DNA from: Minisyncoccota bacterium
GTDB taxonomy: Bacteria; Patescibacteriota; Minisyncoccia; Phycocordibacterales; UBA918
DNA: 39,160 nucleotides
Direction of reading: 5' to 3'
NCBI GenBank assembly: GCA_043742005.1
Contig: JAYTZG010000043.1
Location: 1 to 39,160, forward strand
Part shown: positions 15,105 through 24,168 of the stretch, piece after piece
How positions within the stretch are numbered: position 1 is the stretch's first letter
Layout of the letters: each line of letters begins with the position of its first letter
Notes under the pieces: model-generated
Seen by the model: the letters and a program-made list of their open reading frames with translations, nothing else
Database searches by the model: none
What the model was told of the DNA's origin: nothing
Program-made: the position numbers and the translations under genes

Positions 15105-16409
15105 TTATTTATGTACGAATGTGAGAGCCATACCACTCTTAGTTCCGCGACCAGTTCGACCAATACGGTGAACGTAATCTTCGAAAGTGTTTGGTAGGTC
15201 GTAGTTAATTACGTGCGTAACATTGTCGACGTGGATACCGCGGGCAGCAACGTCAGTCGCTACAAGGACACGGGCATTTCCGCTTTTGAAAGCGAAGAGA
15301 GCGCGTTGTCGTTGTCCGTGACTTTTGTTGCCATGGATTGAGTCGGCCTTGATGCCTTTTGCAGTCAGTTCGTTCGCGAGCTTTTCTACACTGTGCTTCA
15401 TGGCACCAAAGACGATTACTCGTTTGAACTCTGGCTTGGCGAGCAAGGCTAGTAGAGTGTCGAACTTGTGTACGTGTTCGTATACAACAACGTCTTGCGC
15501 GATGCTGTTCGTTACATCCTTCTTCTTGACTGAGACTGTCACAGGCTTACGCATGAAGTCGTTTACGAGTCGTTCTGCCTCGGCAGTCATAGTAGCTGAG
15601 AAGAAGAGAGTTTGTCGTTCTTTTGAAACGCCACTGAGGATCTTGCGCATGTCGTTGATGAATCCCATGTCGAGCATACGGTCAGCCTCGTCGAGTACCA
15701 CGTTGGTAATCTTTTCTGGCTTAAGTACTTTTCGTTCGATAAGGTCAAGGATGCGTCCCGGTGTTCCAATAATGAAGTGGTTTTGTCGGCCGAGGGCACG
15801 AATCTGCGGACGGATACCAGTTCCGCCTACACAGGTAGTCGCAAATTGCTTGGTACCAATACTAAACTTCTTGAATTCACCTTCAGCTTGAAGAGCGAGT
15901 TCGCGAGTTGGAGTAAGGATAAGGGTCACTTGGTTCTTTAGCTTCGAAGTTTTTTCAATTAGGGGAAGCAAGAACGCTGCGGTCTTTCCAGTACCAGTTT
16001 CAGCAATACCAATCACGTCCTTTCCATCACAGATGAGGGGAATGATTTGGTCTTGGATCGGAGAAGGGGATTCGATACCAAGTTTGGCAACGTTTTCCAC
16101 CAACAGGCCACCTAGCTTGAAGTCAGCGAAGGTGTGCTTTGGCACATAGACTTCAGTCTCGACTTGAGCTGGATTCTTGTTGATGAATTGTGAAGGGTCG
16201 AAGGTTGGTTGCTTGCGACCTCCGCCGCCCGAGCGAGCTCCGCCACGAGAGCCACCAGTCGGTCGCCCACCGCCAAAACGACTACCACCACCGCTTCCAC
16301 GACGGTCACTACTAAAACTAGGTCGGCTAGTAGATGGTCGCCCACCGCCTGCACCAGAATAAGGACGGCGACCTTCTGATGAAGGGCGTCGTGAATTGTT
16401 TGTTTGCAT
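15105..16409 (-). CDS. DEAD-box ATP-dependent RNA helicase with an N-terminal Arg/Gly/Ser-rich tail
   Basis: The protein carries a Q-motif region, AETGTGKT, PTRELA, DEAD, SAT and HRIGRTGR. The first ~70 aa are RGG/SRGG low-complexity sequence. Confidence 0.95.
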   Translation of the reverse strand: MQTNNSRRPSSEGRRPYSGAGGGRPSTSRPSFSSDRRGSGGGSRFGGGRPTGGSRGGARSGGGGRKQPTFDPSQFINKNPAQVETEVYVPKHTFADFKLGGLLVENVAKLGIESPSPIQDQIIPLICDGKDVIGIAETGTGKTAAFLLPLIEKTSKLKNQVTLILTPTRELALQAEGEFKKFSIGTKQFATTCVGGTGIRPQIRALGRQNHFIIGTPGRILDLIERKVLKPEKITNVVLDEADRMLDMGFINDMRKILSGVSKERQTLFFSATMTAEAERLVNDFMRKPVTVSVKKKDVTNSIAQDVVVYEHVHKFDTLLALLAKPEFKRVIVFGAMKHSVEKLANELTAKGIKADSIHGNKSHGQRQRALFAFKSGNARVLVATDVAARGIHVDNVTHVINYDLPNTFEDYVHRIGRTGRGTKSGMALTFVHK

Positions 16410-16531
16410 CAGATATAAAGTTAGTGGAGCCTAAAGGCTCCGGGGCGTGCAGGTAGATAATTCAGAAGGGAAGCCAGAAGGCGAAACGTCTGCAGCTAAT
16501 GGCCCCACACAAGTGACAAAAGCGTCCCAAG

Positions 16532-16560
16532 AGAATAACACAAGTGACTAAATAAGTCAA
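16532..16560 (-). promoter_or_regulatory. Candidate promoter of the helicase gene
   Basis: Minus strand reads TTGACT, a 17-nt spacer, then TATTCT. It would give a ~115-nt leader that contains the hairpin ggagcc-ttta-ggctcc about 20 nt before the ATG. Confidence 0.35.
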
Positions 16561-16587
16561 CTGGCGAGTTTTGGGCTGGGTGGCGAA

Positions 16588-16724
16588 GTGGCCGTGGTGC
16601 CTTGTGAGACGCGCGTTCATTTCTCCCCACGAGAAATGCCGCTATGCTCGAAGCTGGAAATCCCGAAGCCAAGGCTTCGGGATTTCCAGCTTCTGCGCAA
16701 TGTCTCACAAAACACCACGGGCAC
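16588..16724 (-). ncRNA. Candidate structured RNA (three-way junction) or MITE-like palindromic element; class unknown
   Basis: A 23-nt outer inverted repeat (16588-16610 / 16702-16724) encloses hairpin catttctc-cccac-gagaaatg (16618-16638) and a perfect 21-nt-arm palindrome (16650-16693). Two positions in the outer stem are C.A on the plus-strand transcript but G.U on the minus-strand transcript. Confidence 0.35.
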
Positions 16725-16818
16725 TTCCTGAGAGTTTTGGTATTGACAAAATCATAAAATAGTGTATTTTCTAAAAAGATTGTAGTACCTAAATCTCTTT
16801 GATTTGCGTAGACAGACG

Positions 16819-17343
16819 ATGTCCAAATTCGAACTTTTTAGTGATCTCGGCACTCTCGTAGTACCAGACAACTATGAACACGTTAACTCATTGTCATACT
16901 TTAGAGAGGCGAACTATAAATCGTTTCGCTACTTCGATGATGAAATTAATGACGACTTTTTTTCGAACCCTACCCAGGTCTTGAAACCCGGCGAAAATTG
17001 GCAGATTAAAGTCTTCGCCCAAGCAGCAGGGAATCGAATATCTTTGACTGAAGGGTTGGCATTTTTACATTCCCAAGGATCTGTATTTACAGGTGCCCAA
17101 GGAGCTGCTCTTGTGTTTCAACAAAAGTACGGCCTGTTGCCTCGGGGTAAGCAATACAATTCACTGGATACTGAAGATCGGTTGCCGAAATGCGAAGGTG
17201 ACTGTTTGGTTCCTTGGGTCAGTGCATATCTCGGTCCAGTGTTTGAGTTTTCTTTCACGGACATGGGCCATTATACAAGTGATCAGGAGCATTATCTGTT
17301 CTATGACGAAGATGTCTTCTTGGGCTTCTTCAGAAAAACTTAA
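16819..17343 (+). CDS. Hypothetical protein
   Basis: The ORF starts with MSKFELFSDLG... The ATG at 16819 is preferred over the upstream TTG. No family recognised. Confidence 0.6.
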   Translation: MSKFELFSDLGTLVVPDNYEHVNSLSYFREANYKSFRYFDDEINDDFFSNPTQVLKPGENWQIKVFAQAAGNRISLTEGLAFLHSQGSVFTGAQGAALVFQQKYGLLPRGKQYNSLDTEDRLPKCEGDCLVPWVSAYLGPVFEFSFTDMGHYTSDQEHYLFYDEDVFLGFFRKT

Positions 17344-17347
17344 TTAC

Positions 17348-17390
17348 GGACCCGTCGCGAATTTATTCGAGACGGGTCCTTCTACTTTAT
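17348..17390 (+). terminator. Terminator-like long hairpin
   Basis: GGACCCGTC-gcgaatttattcga-GACGGGTCC, then ttctacttt (a weak T-tract). Confidence 0.45.
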
Positions 17391-17423
17391 ATATAAAAAT
17401 TAACATGCTAGGATTCCTGGATT

Positions 17424-18200
17424 ATGAAAGCTGAGAAATCAAAGGTGGAGATTGAGTATATTTTTGGGAAGCATGCGGCGCGGGAGGTTTTGAAGGAGCG
17501 GCCGGATGTGGTTAGTGAGGCGCATGTGACGGCGGATTTTTCGGATGAGAGTATTTTGCGGCTTTTGGATAAGGCTGGGACGAAACTCAAAATTCTTAAC
17601 TTGAAAAATCCGCCGCGAGGGGTGTCGGCTAATGCTTCGCATCAGGGGATTGTGATTGGGATTGTGGCGGAGCGACTGACTATTCCGTACAAAACCTTCA
17701 AGCAGACCCTTCGTCCGACTGAGAACACAGCACTCCTTGTTCTTGGTGAAGTACAAGATCCCCATAATGTCGGGGCGGTAATTCGCTCAGCTGCTGCTTT
17801 TGGTTTTGCTGGGGTACTTATCCCGCCGCATAATCAAGCTCCGGTGAACGGAACAGTGGTGAAAGTGTCAGCTGGAATGGCTTTTCGGATTCCTCTGGTG
17901 ACTATACCTAATGTAAATACGGTTTTGCGTGACCTTAAGGATAATGGCTTCTGGGTCTATGGCCTCGAAGGTGAGGGAACCACCAAGACTACGACCGAAA
18001 CCTATCCTAAACCGACGGTGTTTGTCCTTGGAAACGAAGGCTCTGGTCTACGGGAAAAGACCAAGGAACTCTGTGATGAACTCCTTTCCATCCCAATTCA
18101 CCCCCGTTGTGAGTCGCTTAATGCCGCCGCGGCCACTGCGGTAGTCATGGCTGGTTGGGCGGCGAAGCATCCCGAGGCTTTGTCGCCGGTAGTCAAATAG
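17424..18200 (+). CDS. rlmB: SpoU/TrmH-family RNA 2'-O-methyltransferase (RlmB-like)
   Basis: An N-terminal substrate-binding-like domain is followed by LGEVQDPHNVGAVIRSAAAFG, VLGNEGSGLR and LSIPI....ESLNAAAA, the SPOUT motifs. Confidence 0.85.
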   Translation: MKAEKSKVEIEYIFGKHAAREVLKERPDVVSEAHVTADFSDESILRLLDKAGTKLKILNLKNPPRGVSANASHQGIVIGIVAERLTIPYKTFKQTLRPTENTALLVLGEVQDPHNVGAVIRSAAAFGFAGVLIPPHNQAPVNGTVVKVSAGMAFRIPLVTIPNVNTVLRDLKDNGFWVYGLEGEGTTKTTTETYPKPTVFVLGNEGSGLREKTKELCDELLSIPIHPRCESLNAAAATAVVMAGWAAKHPEALSPVVK

Positions 18201-18279
18201 TGTACAATTTCGCAGTTAGATAAACTCCCACAGCCGTGGTTACCTTCTACGAAATAATTTACATAGACTTTTTATTTTT

Positions 18280-19275
18280 ATGAACGAAAACGAATCAGAA
18301 ACACGTAACGATGACGCTACTTTGTCATCTACCGGCCCGACTCCAGAAGTAGAGACTACTAGTACTGAGGTAGCATCAACAGCTGCAGCAGAAATTACTG
18401 CCGTATTGGAAACTTCAGTGGTTGAAGTGTCTGCAGAAGAAACTGTTGAACCAAAGGTGGAAGAAACTGAAAAGGAAAACACAGAGGCGACTCCTGTGGA
18501 GACCGACAACTCTGCTGAAGAAGAGGGGGCTACCTTTGCTAGTACGATTGCTAGTATAAAAGCGAAGTGGAATAAGCGATACACATATACTGTATTCGCT
18601 ATTGTGGCAGCAGCGTTGGTGGTGGCCGCACTTCTCTTTGTAATGGAACGACAGGGAAGAGTGGAGACAGGACTTTTCGGTCCAATTCATCGACTAGTTG
18701 ATACTAACACTGCTGTCGCTAAGGTGAACGACGGTACTGTATCAAAGTACGATCTCGATGTGAGTATGACACAATTAGCGGCTGGATTTACTGCTCAAGG
18801 GGCTGACGCTGAAAGTGAAGAAGTAAAGTCAGAAATCCAGACCCAAGCGATGGACATGCTCGTTAATACTGAGTTGCTCAAGCAAGAAGCGTCTGCCCAA
18901 GGTATCGAAATTACTGATGAAGACGTGGCAACTCGTTTGGAAAAACTCAAGACAGACGTGGGCGGTGAAGATGCACTTAAACAAAGGATGGCGGAATTCA
19001 ACGTGAGTGAAAAAATCCTCCATCGTGATATCAAAAACGAACTTACCATCCAAGCCTTACTTGAAACTGTATTTAAGGAAAAAAAGGTTGAGGTGACCGA
19101 AGAAGAAATTGTAGCCTTCTACAAAGAGGCAGGTGGAGAAAAAGCCGGTCTACCAGAACTAGAAGCTGTTCGTCCACAGATTGAACAACAACTTCGTAGT
19201 ACTAAGGAACAAGAAGTTGTGACAGCTTACATTGAAGAACTCCGAGCGAAAGCAGAGATTGAAATCTTGATTTAA
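18280..19275 (+). CDS. Membrane-anchored SurA-N-terminal-domain-like chaperone with no recognisable PPIase domain
   Basis: The protein has an ~100-aa acidic Thr/Glu-rich N-terminus and a TM helix. These are followed by VAKVNDGTVSKYDLD... and helical segments ending EQEVVTAYIEELRAKAEIEIL, typical of SurA_N/PrsA-like proteins. Confidence 0.6.
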   Translation: MNENESETRNDDATLSSTGPTPEVETTSTEVASTAAAEITAVLETSVVEVSAEETVEPKVEETEKENTEATPVETDNSAEEEGATFASTIASIKAKWNKRYTYTVFAIVAAALVVAALLFVMERQGRVETGLFGPIHRLVDTNTAVAKVNDGTVSKYDLDVSMTQLAAGFTAQGADAESEEVKSEIQTQAMDMLVNTELLKQEASAQGIEITDEDVATRLEKLKTDVGGEDALKQRMAEFNVSEKILHRDIKNELTIQALLETVFKEKKVEVTEEEIVAFYKEAGGEKAGLPELEAVRPQIEQQLRSTKEQEVVTAYIEELRAKAEIEILI

Positions 19276-19288
19276 GTTTAAATAAGAC

Positions 19289-19329
19289 AAAACCGCGCTC
19301 TTGCACAGCAAGAACGCGGTTTTGTTTTA
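19289..19329 (+). terminator. Intrinsic terminator
   Basis: AACCGCGcTCTTGC-aca-GCAAGAaCGCGGTT, then ttgtttt. Confidence 0.75.
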
Positions 19330-19350
19330 TCTCCTTGCTATACTTGAGGC

Positions 19351-20604
19351 ATGAATCACACGATGAGCAATACTGCTCGTTCACTCACATACCGTCCGGC
19401 AGAACGAATGGCGCTTTTTCGTGCCTTGTCTATTCCCGAGCAGAGCGCCGTGTTACCTGAACTTTCAGCCCATATCCAGCAAACTGTTTTACGTGAGCTT
19501 AGTGAACTTGAACTGCTTGATATGCTCGACAATATGGACATGTGGCAAGTCGAACATACCCTCTCGCGCATTCCTAATGTAAAGTATCGCGAGAAGATTG
19601 TCAGGAGATTAAAGTCGGAAGTGCGCGAAAAAATTGATTACTTCCTCCGCTTCCATCCGCAGGCGACGCTTTCACTGATTAATTTCAATTACCTTTTTCT
19701 AGCGGCTAATCTCACGGTTGGGGAGACGGCTACTATTATCGACGAACATTATGAAGAGACGGGGAAGTACCCGGAACTTTTGGTGCATGAGCAGGGGAAG
19801 TTGATTGGTGAAGTGCCTTTTGCCTCACTCGTGCGGGAGCGCAACTCAAGCGTCCTGAAAAAACATGTGCAGCCACTAGCGACCGTTACATATCAGCAAG
19901 ATGTGCCACAGATTATCGACGTGATTGTGGGAACAAATAGCAAGAAGATTGTGGTGCTTGATCATGACGAGAGTGTGCTAGGAATCATTTATGCAGATTC
20001 AGTGAAGCCACTATTTGGCAATCAACCTGCTACAACACTCTATGACTTTGCCGGTGTCGACGCCAGCGAGCGTGCGTCTGACGGCATGTGGACCAAGGTA
20101 AAGTATCGCTACAAGTGGCTCATCATCAACTTAGGTACCGGTTTCCTCGCAGCTTCAGTAGTGAGCTTGTTTGAGGAAACTCTCAGCGCCGTGGTGTTGC
20201 TTGCCATTTATATGCCCATTGTAGCGGGTATGGGAGGAAATGCAGCAACCCAAACACTCGCCGTTATTGTTAGAGGGATTACTGTCGGTGAAGTTAATTT
20301 GAAAAATGGATTTAAACCAATAATGAATGAGGTAGGTGCCGGCTTCGTCAACGGTATAATCAACGGAGTCCTGGTGGCTGTCGTAGCTGTGCTTTGGAAT
20401 CATAATCCTGCGCTGGGGTTTGTTATCGGAGTCGCGATGGTGTGTAACTTGGTCATTGCTGGTTTTTTTGGAGCGTTTATACCACTGTTTATGAAAGCGA
20501 TTGGAAAAGATCCAGCTACTTCTGCCACCATTTTTATCACCACTGCCACAGACGTCTTTGGCTTCTTCGTCTTTTTGGGATTGGCGACACTCATTTTGCT
20601 CTAG
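19351..20604 (+). CDS. mgtE: Magnesium transporter MgtE
   Basis: The protein has an MgtE N-domain and a CBS-pair region, followed by a TM domain with PIVAGMGGNAATQTLAVIVRGI and TDVFGFFVFLGLA. Confidence 0.9.
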   Translation: MNHTMSNTARSLTYRPAERMALFRALSIPEQSAVLPELSAHIQQTVLRELSELELLDMLDNMDMWQVEHTLSRIPNVKYREKIVRRLKSEVREKIDYFLRFHPQATLSLINFNYLFLAANLTVGETATIIDEHYEETGKYPELLVHEQGKLIGEVPFASLVRERNSSVLKKHVQPLATVTYQQDVPQIIDVIVGTNSKKIVVLDHDESVLGIIYADSVKPLFGNQPATTLYDFAGVDASERASDGMWTKVKYRYKWLIINLGTGFLAASVVSLFEETLSAVVLLAIYMPIVAGMGGNAATQTLAVIVRGITVGEVNLKNGFKPIMNEVGAGFVNGIINGVLVAVVAVLWNHNPALGFVIGVAMVCNLVIAGFFGAFIPLFMKAIGKDPATSATIFITTATDVFGFFVFLGLATLILL

Positions 20605-20619
20605 TGATATACTGAGTAT

Positions 20620-21171
20620 ATGAAAACGGCTGAGCGTATAGTGCTGGTAGCGATAGTGCTGGTAATAGTTGGCGGTGCAGCGTGGCTTTATGTGACGTTG
20701 AAAAAAGAAGATAAGGAGCTCCGCGCGGCGGTGCAGCGTGGTGACTACGAAATACCATTGGATAAAAAAGCAACAGAGACAGAGGAGGACTGGCGTACTT
20801 ACTTTCCCGAACTCGTACCAATTATAATTGGTTCAACTACTGCTTACGCATCAGTAGCAGACTCAATGCCCGAGTTGATCAAAGGCCTGTCCGACACACC
20901 GTCTCTTCCTGATACAGTGGTTAAATTATTTGCGTTTGGTAGTACCGGCAAGCACTCGATTTGGATGAAGGACATGAATTATCCGCTGGATATTATCTGG
21001 CTCGATGAATCTGGAACAATTGTGCATATCGTAGAGAATGTCTCGCCAGCGACGTACCCAGAATCTTTTGCTCCGCCTAAGCCAGCCCGCTATGTGATTG
21101 AGACCAATGCGGGTTTCGTGTCAAGTAGCTCACTGTCGGTGGGGGAGGAAGTAATTGTTCCGAAATGGTAA
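20620..21171 (+). CDS. DUF192-domain protein (COG1430-like), membrane anchored
   Basis: N-terminal TM, then HSIWMKDMNYPLDIIWLDESGTIVHI...ARYVIETNAGF. Confidence 0.75.
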   Translation: MKTAERIVLVAIVLVIVGGAAWLYVTLKKEDKELRAAVQRGDYEIPLDKKATETEEDWRTYFPELVPIIIGSTTAYASVADSMPELIKGLSDTPSLPDTVVKLFAFGSTGKHSIWMKDMNYPLDIIWLDESGTIVHIVENVSPATYPESFAPPKPARYVIETNAGFVSSSSLSVGEEVIVPKW

Positions 21172-21204
21172 GATTGCAATCTTTATTTTATTGTTGCATA
21201 ATTC

Positions 21205-21558
21205 CAGCGCACGATGATCGCCCTGCAAAGTAATGCGGGGAGGAAAGTCCGAACACGTCCACAAGGTTTTGTGGAGGAGGGTAGCGGGTAACGCCCGTCG
21301 GCCGCAAGGCTAGAGGTGCGAGCAGAGACGTCCAAAGCGAAAGCGGCGGAATTCCCTTTGGGAATAGCCCTTATAGCAATATAGGGGGTGAAACGGCTAA
21401 ATCCTTACTTACGTGCAAGGCCGTGCTTCCGTCGGCTTTTTGTTGTAGCCTTTCAACAAAAAGCCGACGGAAGAGAGCCGCATGAGTCTGTTGGCAACAA
21501 CAGGCCTAGGTATATGATCATCCGGGCTTGCCCGACAGAATTCGGCTTATGTGTACAA
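21205..21558 (+). ncRNA. rnpB: RNase P RNA, bacterial type A
   Basis: Conserved elements: GGAGGAAAGTCCGAACAC (P4 5' side), GGGTAACGCCCG, GGGGTGAAACGGC and ACAGAATTCGGCTTAT (P4 3' side), with P2 pairing gatgatc/gatcatc. End coordinates are approximate to within about 5 nt. Confidence 0.9.
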
Positions 21559-21586
21559 AAAACACCCCTCGGGGTGTTTTTTGTTT
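21557..21586 (+). terminator. Intrinsic terminator after rnpB
   Basis: aaaaaACACCCCtcGGGGTGTtttttg. Confidence 0.8.
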
Positions 21587-21642
21587 TATGATAGAATATA
21601 CCCAACCAAAGGAGGTAATTTAGGTAATTTAAGAATTTTATT

Positions 21643-24162
21643 ATGTCAGGAAGCGTGTTCACACCCCGAGTTTATCAAGAAGAATCAAAACCAGCCGAAC
21701 CACAACAAATAAAACGCGATGGACCCGACAAGATCGGCGACATGGTGCTGAAGTTTATCCAATACCTTGTTATTGGACTGCTATTTCTTACACCAGTGTT
21801 TTTTGTTCCCGGACTGCCGGCATCTTTAGGTTTTGATAAAGTGTTGATAGCAACCGTTATCGGTTTTCTCTCGATTATTTTACTCGGCTTGACCTCTCTT
21901 CGTTACAGCAAAGTTTCAACCGTGTTGCCGCTTACTCTAGGTATCTTCTGGATTTTTGTACTTGTCTCAGCCCTTAGTGGACTGCTCTCGGGTGATATTC
22001 AAGACTCACTCCGGGGAAGTGTGTTTGAACCGCAAACTACCGGATTCTTTGCTGTACTGGGGCTAGCTATGACCTTGCCGCTTGTTCTACAACGCTCAAA
22101 GCTCATGGCACTACGCTCACTCATGTTCTTTGGTTCTGCTGCTACTCTGGCTATTCTCTATACAGTAGTTCGACTTTTCCTTAATCCTGGCGCACTGTCA
22201 CTTAACAGCTTTAGTGCTGTTACTATTTCCCCGGTGGGAAGCTTCAATGATTTGGCAATCTTTGCTGCGCTCACTATCTTGCTGGCACTCATCACTCTAT
22301 TACAACTCCCTCTGAAGCGGGGATCACAAATCGCCCTTTCTGTCTTGACGATGCTATCACTCCTTGTGATGGCTGTAGTAAATTTCTTCCATCTATGGAT
22401 CGTGGTCGGCTTCTTTGGACTACTTCTTTTGGTGTACATTTTCTCACGAGATACTCTGTTGTCTAACGCTTCTGAAGAAAAAAGCGCTGCAGTTTCGCCA
22501 TATCTCATCGCGACAACTCTGATTGTCTGTGTCGTGAGTATTGTGTTTGTGGTGGCGGGCGATTATGTCGGAGCGAAAATCACTGAGGCTACCCAGATAA
22601 ACTACATAGAAGTACGCCCTTCAATCACAGCTACTATTGACGTGGCTCGCGGGGTGTACAGTAGCGATATTCTTCTCGGTACTGGTCCAAATCGGTTTGC
22701 CGACGCTTGGCGACTCCACAAAGACGCAACCATCAACGAGACAATCTTCTGGAACACTGACTTCAACGCTGGCTTTGGCTTTGTCCCGACAATTTTCGTG
22801 ACGCTCGGTATTCTTGGTGGCCTCGCGATGCTAGCTTTCCATGGTTCATATATTTACTTTGGTTACAAAATGCTGCTGCGTGGCAATTCGACTGACACCT
22901 TCTGGTACTTCTTTGGAGTGGTTACCTTCGTCGCTGCGGTATTCCTCTGGGGCATGTCATATGTGTATGTGTCAGGTGCAGTCATTCTACTGCTCGCTGC
23001 ACTTTTCACCGGACTCTCTTTTGTGGCCTACCAAGCACTGGTTCCAACCGCTGTACGGACCATCCCACTTGTGAATAGTCGTCGTCGTGGATTTTTCCTC
23101 ATGACTATTGTCATCGTGCTTATTACTGGCTGTGTTAGCGCCATGTTTACTGTCGGTAAGCAATACGTTGCTCAAGCTCAGTTTACAAAGGCGCGTTCAG
23201 CAACTAGCCCAGAAGAGTTCCAAAATCTTGTTTCCCAGGCCTATCAGCAATATCCCGACGACGTGTTTGCGTCAGCTTCAGCTCAAGTAAAGCTGGCTAA
23301 GCTTCGCAGTATGCTAGGAATTCAAAAGCCTTCAGAAGAAGAACAGAAGATCTTCGTCAATCTCGCTGTCTCAGCAGTAGCTGATGCCGAACAAGCAATT
23401 AGACTTGATCCCTCAAGTCCGGAAGGACACGCTACTTTGGCGAGTATTCTGATCGTGCTATCAGGTGTTGGATTTGAAGATGCAGAAAACCGGGCTAACT
23501 CGAAGCTCGAAGACGCAAAGTGGCGTGACCCGTTCAACCCAAGTTACGCCATGATGGCTGCTTATATGGCAGTGCAAAAGGATGATATCCGTCTCGCTCG
23601 AGAAAAAATTGGTAAAGCCCTTGAACTCAAGCGAAACTACTCAGAAGCCCTCTTCCTTCTTTCACAAATTGATATCAAGGAGGGTAACATTGATAGTGCT
23701 ATTGCCACGACTCGTCAAATGACCACACTCGAACCAAATAATCCGACTCGTTACTACCAACTCGGCGTACTCTTGGCTGCCAATAAAGACCTTGAAGGCG
23801 CGGTGGATGCATATGAAACTGCAGTTAGCTTTGACAATAACTTTGCTAACGCCAGATACATGATGGCGCTGACTCTCCTTGAACTCAATCGAGTTCAAGA
23901 TGCTCTAACTCAACTTCGTATTGTTCGTGAGACTAATCAAGATAACGAGCAACTCAAAAAGTTCATCAGTCAAATCGAAACTAATGGTTACACTCCAGGC
24001 CAAGGCGCATCTCTTGGTGGAGCTGTCAACGAAGCAGCGCCACAAGAACAGCAAAATGGCGAAGCTGTCACCTCAAATGGTGATACCAACACTAATCTGG
24101 TAACCCCAGTAAACACTGTGACGGAGGAACAGCCAACTCCGCAAGAAACACCAGCGCAGTAA
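21643..24162 (+). CDS. Large polytopic membrane protein with C-terminal TPR repeats (O-antigen-ligase/Wzy_C-like plus TPR architecture)
   Basis: 839 aa, with more than 10 TM helices in the first ~500 aa. Clear TPR repeats follow (…ALELKRNYSEALFLLSQIDIKEGNIDSAI…LEPNNPTRYYQLGVLL…), then a low-complexity tail. The ligase assignment is tentative. Confidence 0.6.
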   Translation: MSGSVFTPRVYQEESKPAEPQQIKRDGPDKIGDMVLKFIQYLVIGLLFLTPVFFVPGLPASLGFDKVLIATVIGFLSIILLGLTSLRYSKVSTVLPLTLGIFWIFVLVSALSGLLSGDIQDSLRGSVFEPQTTGFFAVLGLAMTLPLVLQRSKLMALRSLMFFGSAATLAILYTVVRLFLNPGALSLNSFSAVTISPVGSFNDLAIFAALTILLALITLLQLPLKRGSQIALSVLTMLSLLVMAVVNFFHLWIVVGFFGLLLLVYIFSRDTLLSNASEEKSAAVSPYLIATTLIVCVVSIVFVVAGDYVGAKITEATQINYIEVRPSITATIDVARGVYSSDILLGTGPNRFADAWRLHKDATINETIFWNTDFNAGFGFVPTIFVTLGILGGLAMLAFHGSYIYFGYKMLLRGNSTDTFWYFFGVVTFVAAVFLWGMSYVYVSGAVILLLAALFTGLSFVAYQALVPTAVRTIPLVNSRRRGFFLMTIVIVLITGCVSAMFTVGKQYVAQAQFTKARSATSPEEFQNLVSQAYQQYPDDVFASASAQVKLAKLRSMLGIQKPSEEEQKIFVNLAVSAVADAEQAIRLDPSSPEGHATLASILIVLSGVGFEDAENRANSKLEDAKWRDPFNPSYAMMAAYMAVQKDDIRLAREKIGKALELKRNYSEALFLLSQIDIKEGNIDSAIATTRQMTTLEPNNPTRYYQLGVLLAANKDLEGAVDAYETAVSFDNNFANARYMMALTLLELNRVQDALTQLRIVRETNQDNEQLKKFISQIETNGYTPGQGASLGGAVNEAAPQEQQNGEAVTSNGDTNTNLVTPVNTVTEEQPTPQETPAQ

Positions 24163-24168
24163 GAATAT

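Noticed and set aside
15325-16362. + strand ORFs (188 aa, 61 aa) and minus-strand alternate-frame ORFs inside the helicase gene
   Set aside because: They are antisense or out of frame relative to a gene carrying all the DEAD-box motifs.
16496-16762. 70-aa (-) and 63-aa (+) ORFs in the helicase upstream gap
   Set aside because: Both are generated by reading through the long palindromes of the 16588-16724 element. They are mirror-image sequences with no start context.
21388-21662. 67-aa (+) and 69-aa (-) ORFs
   Set aside because: They lie inside the RNase P RNA gene and its terminator.
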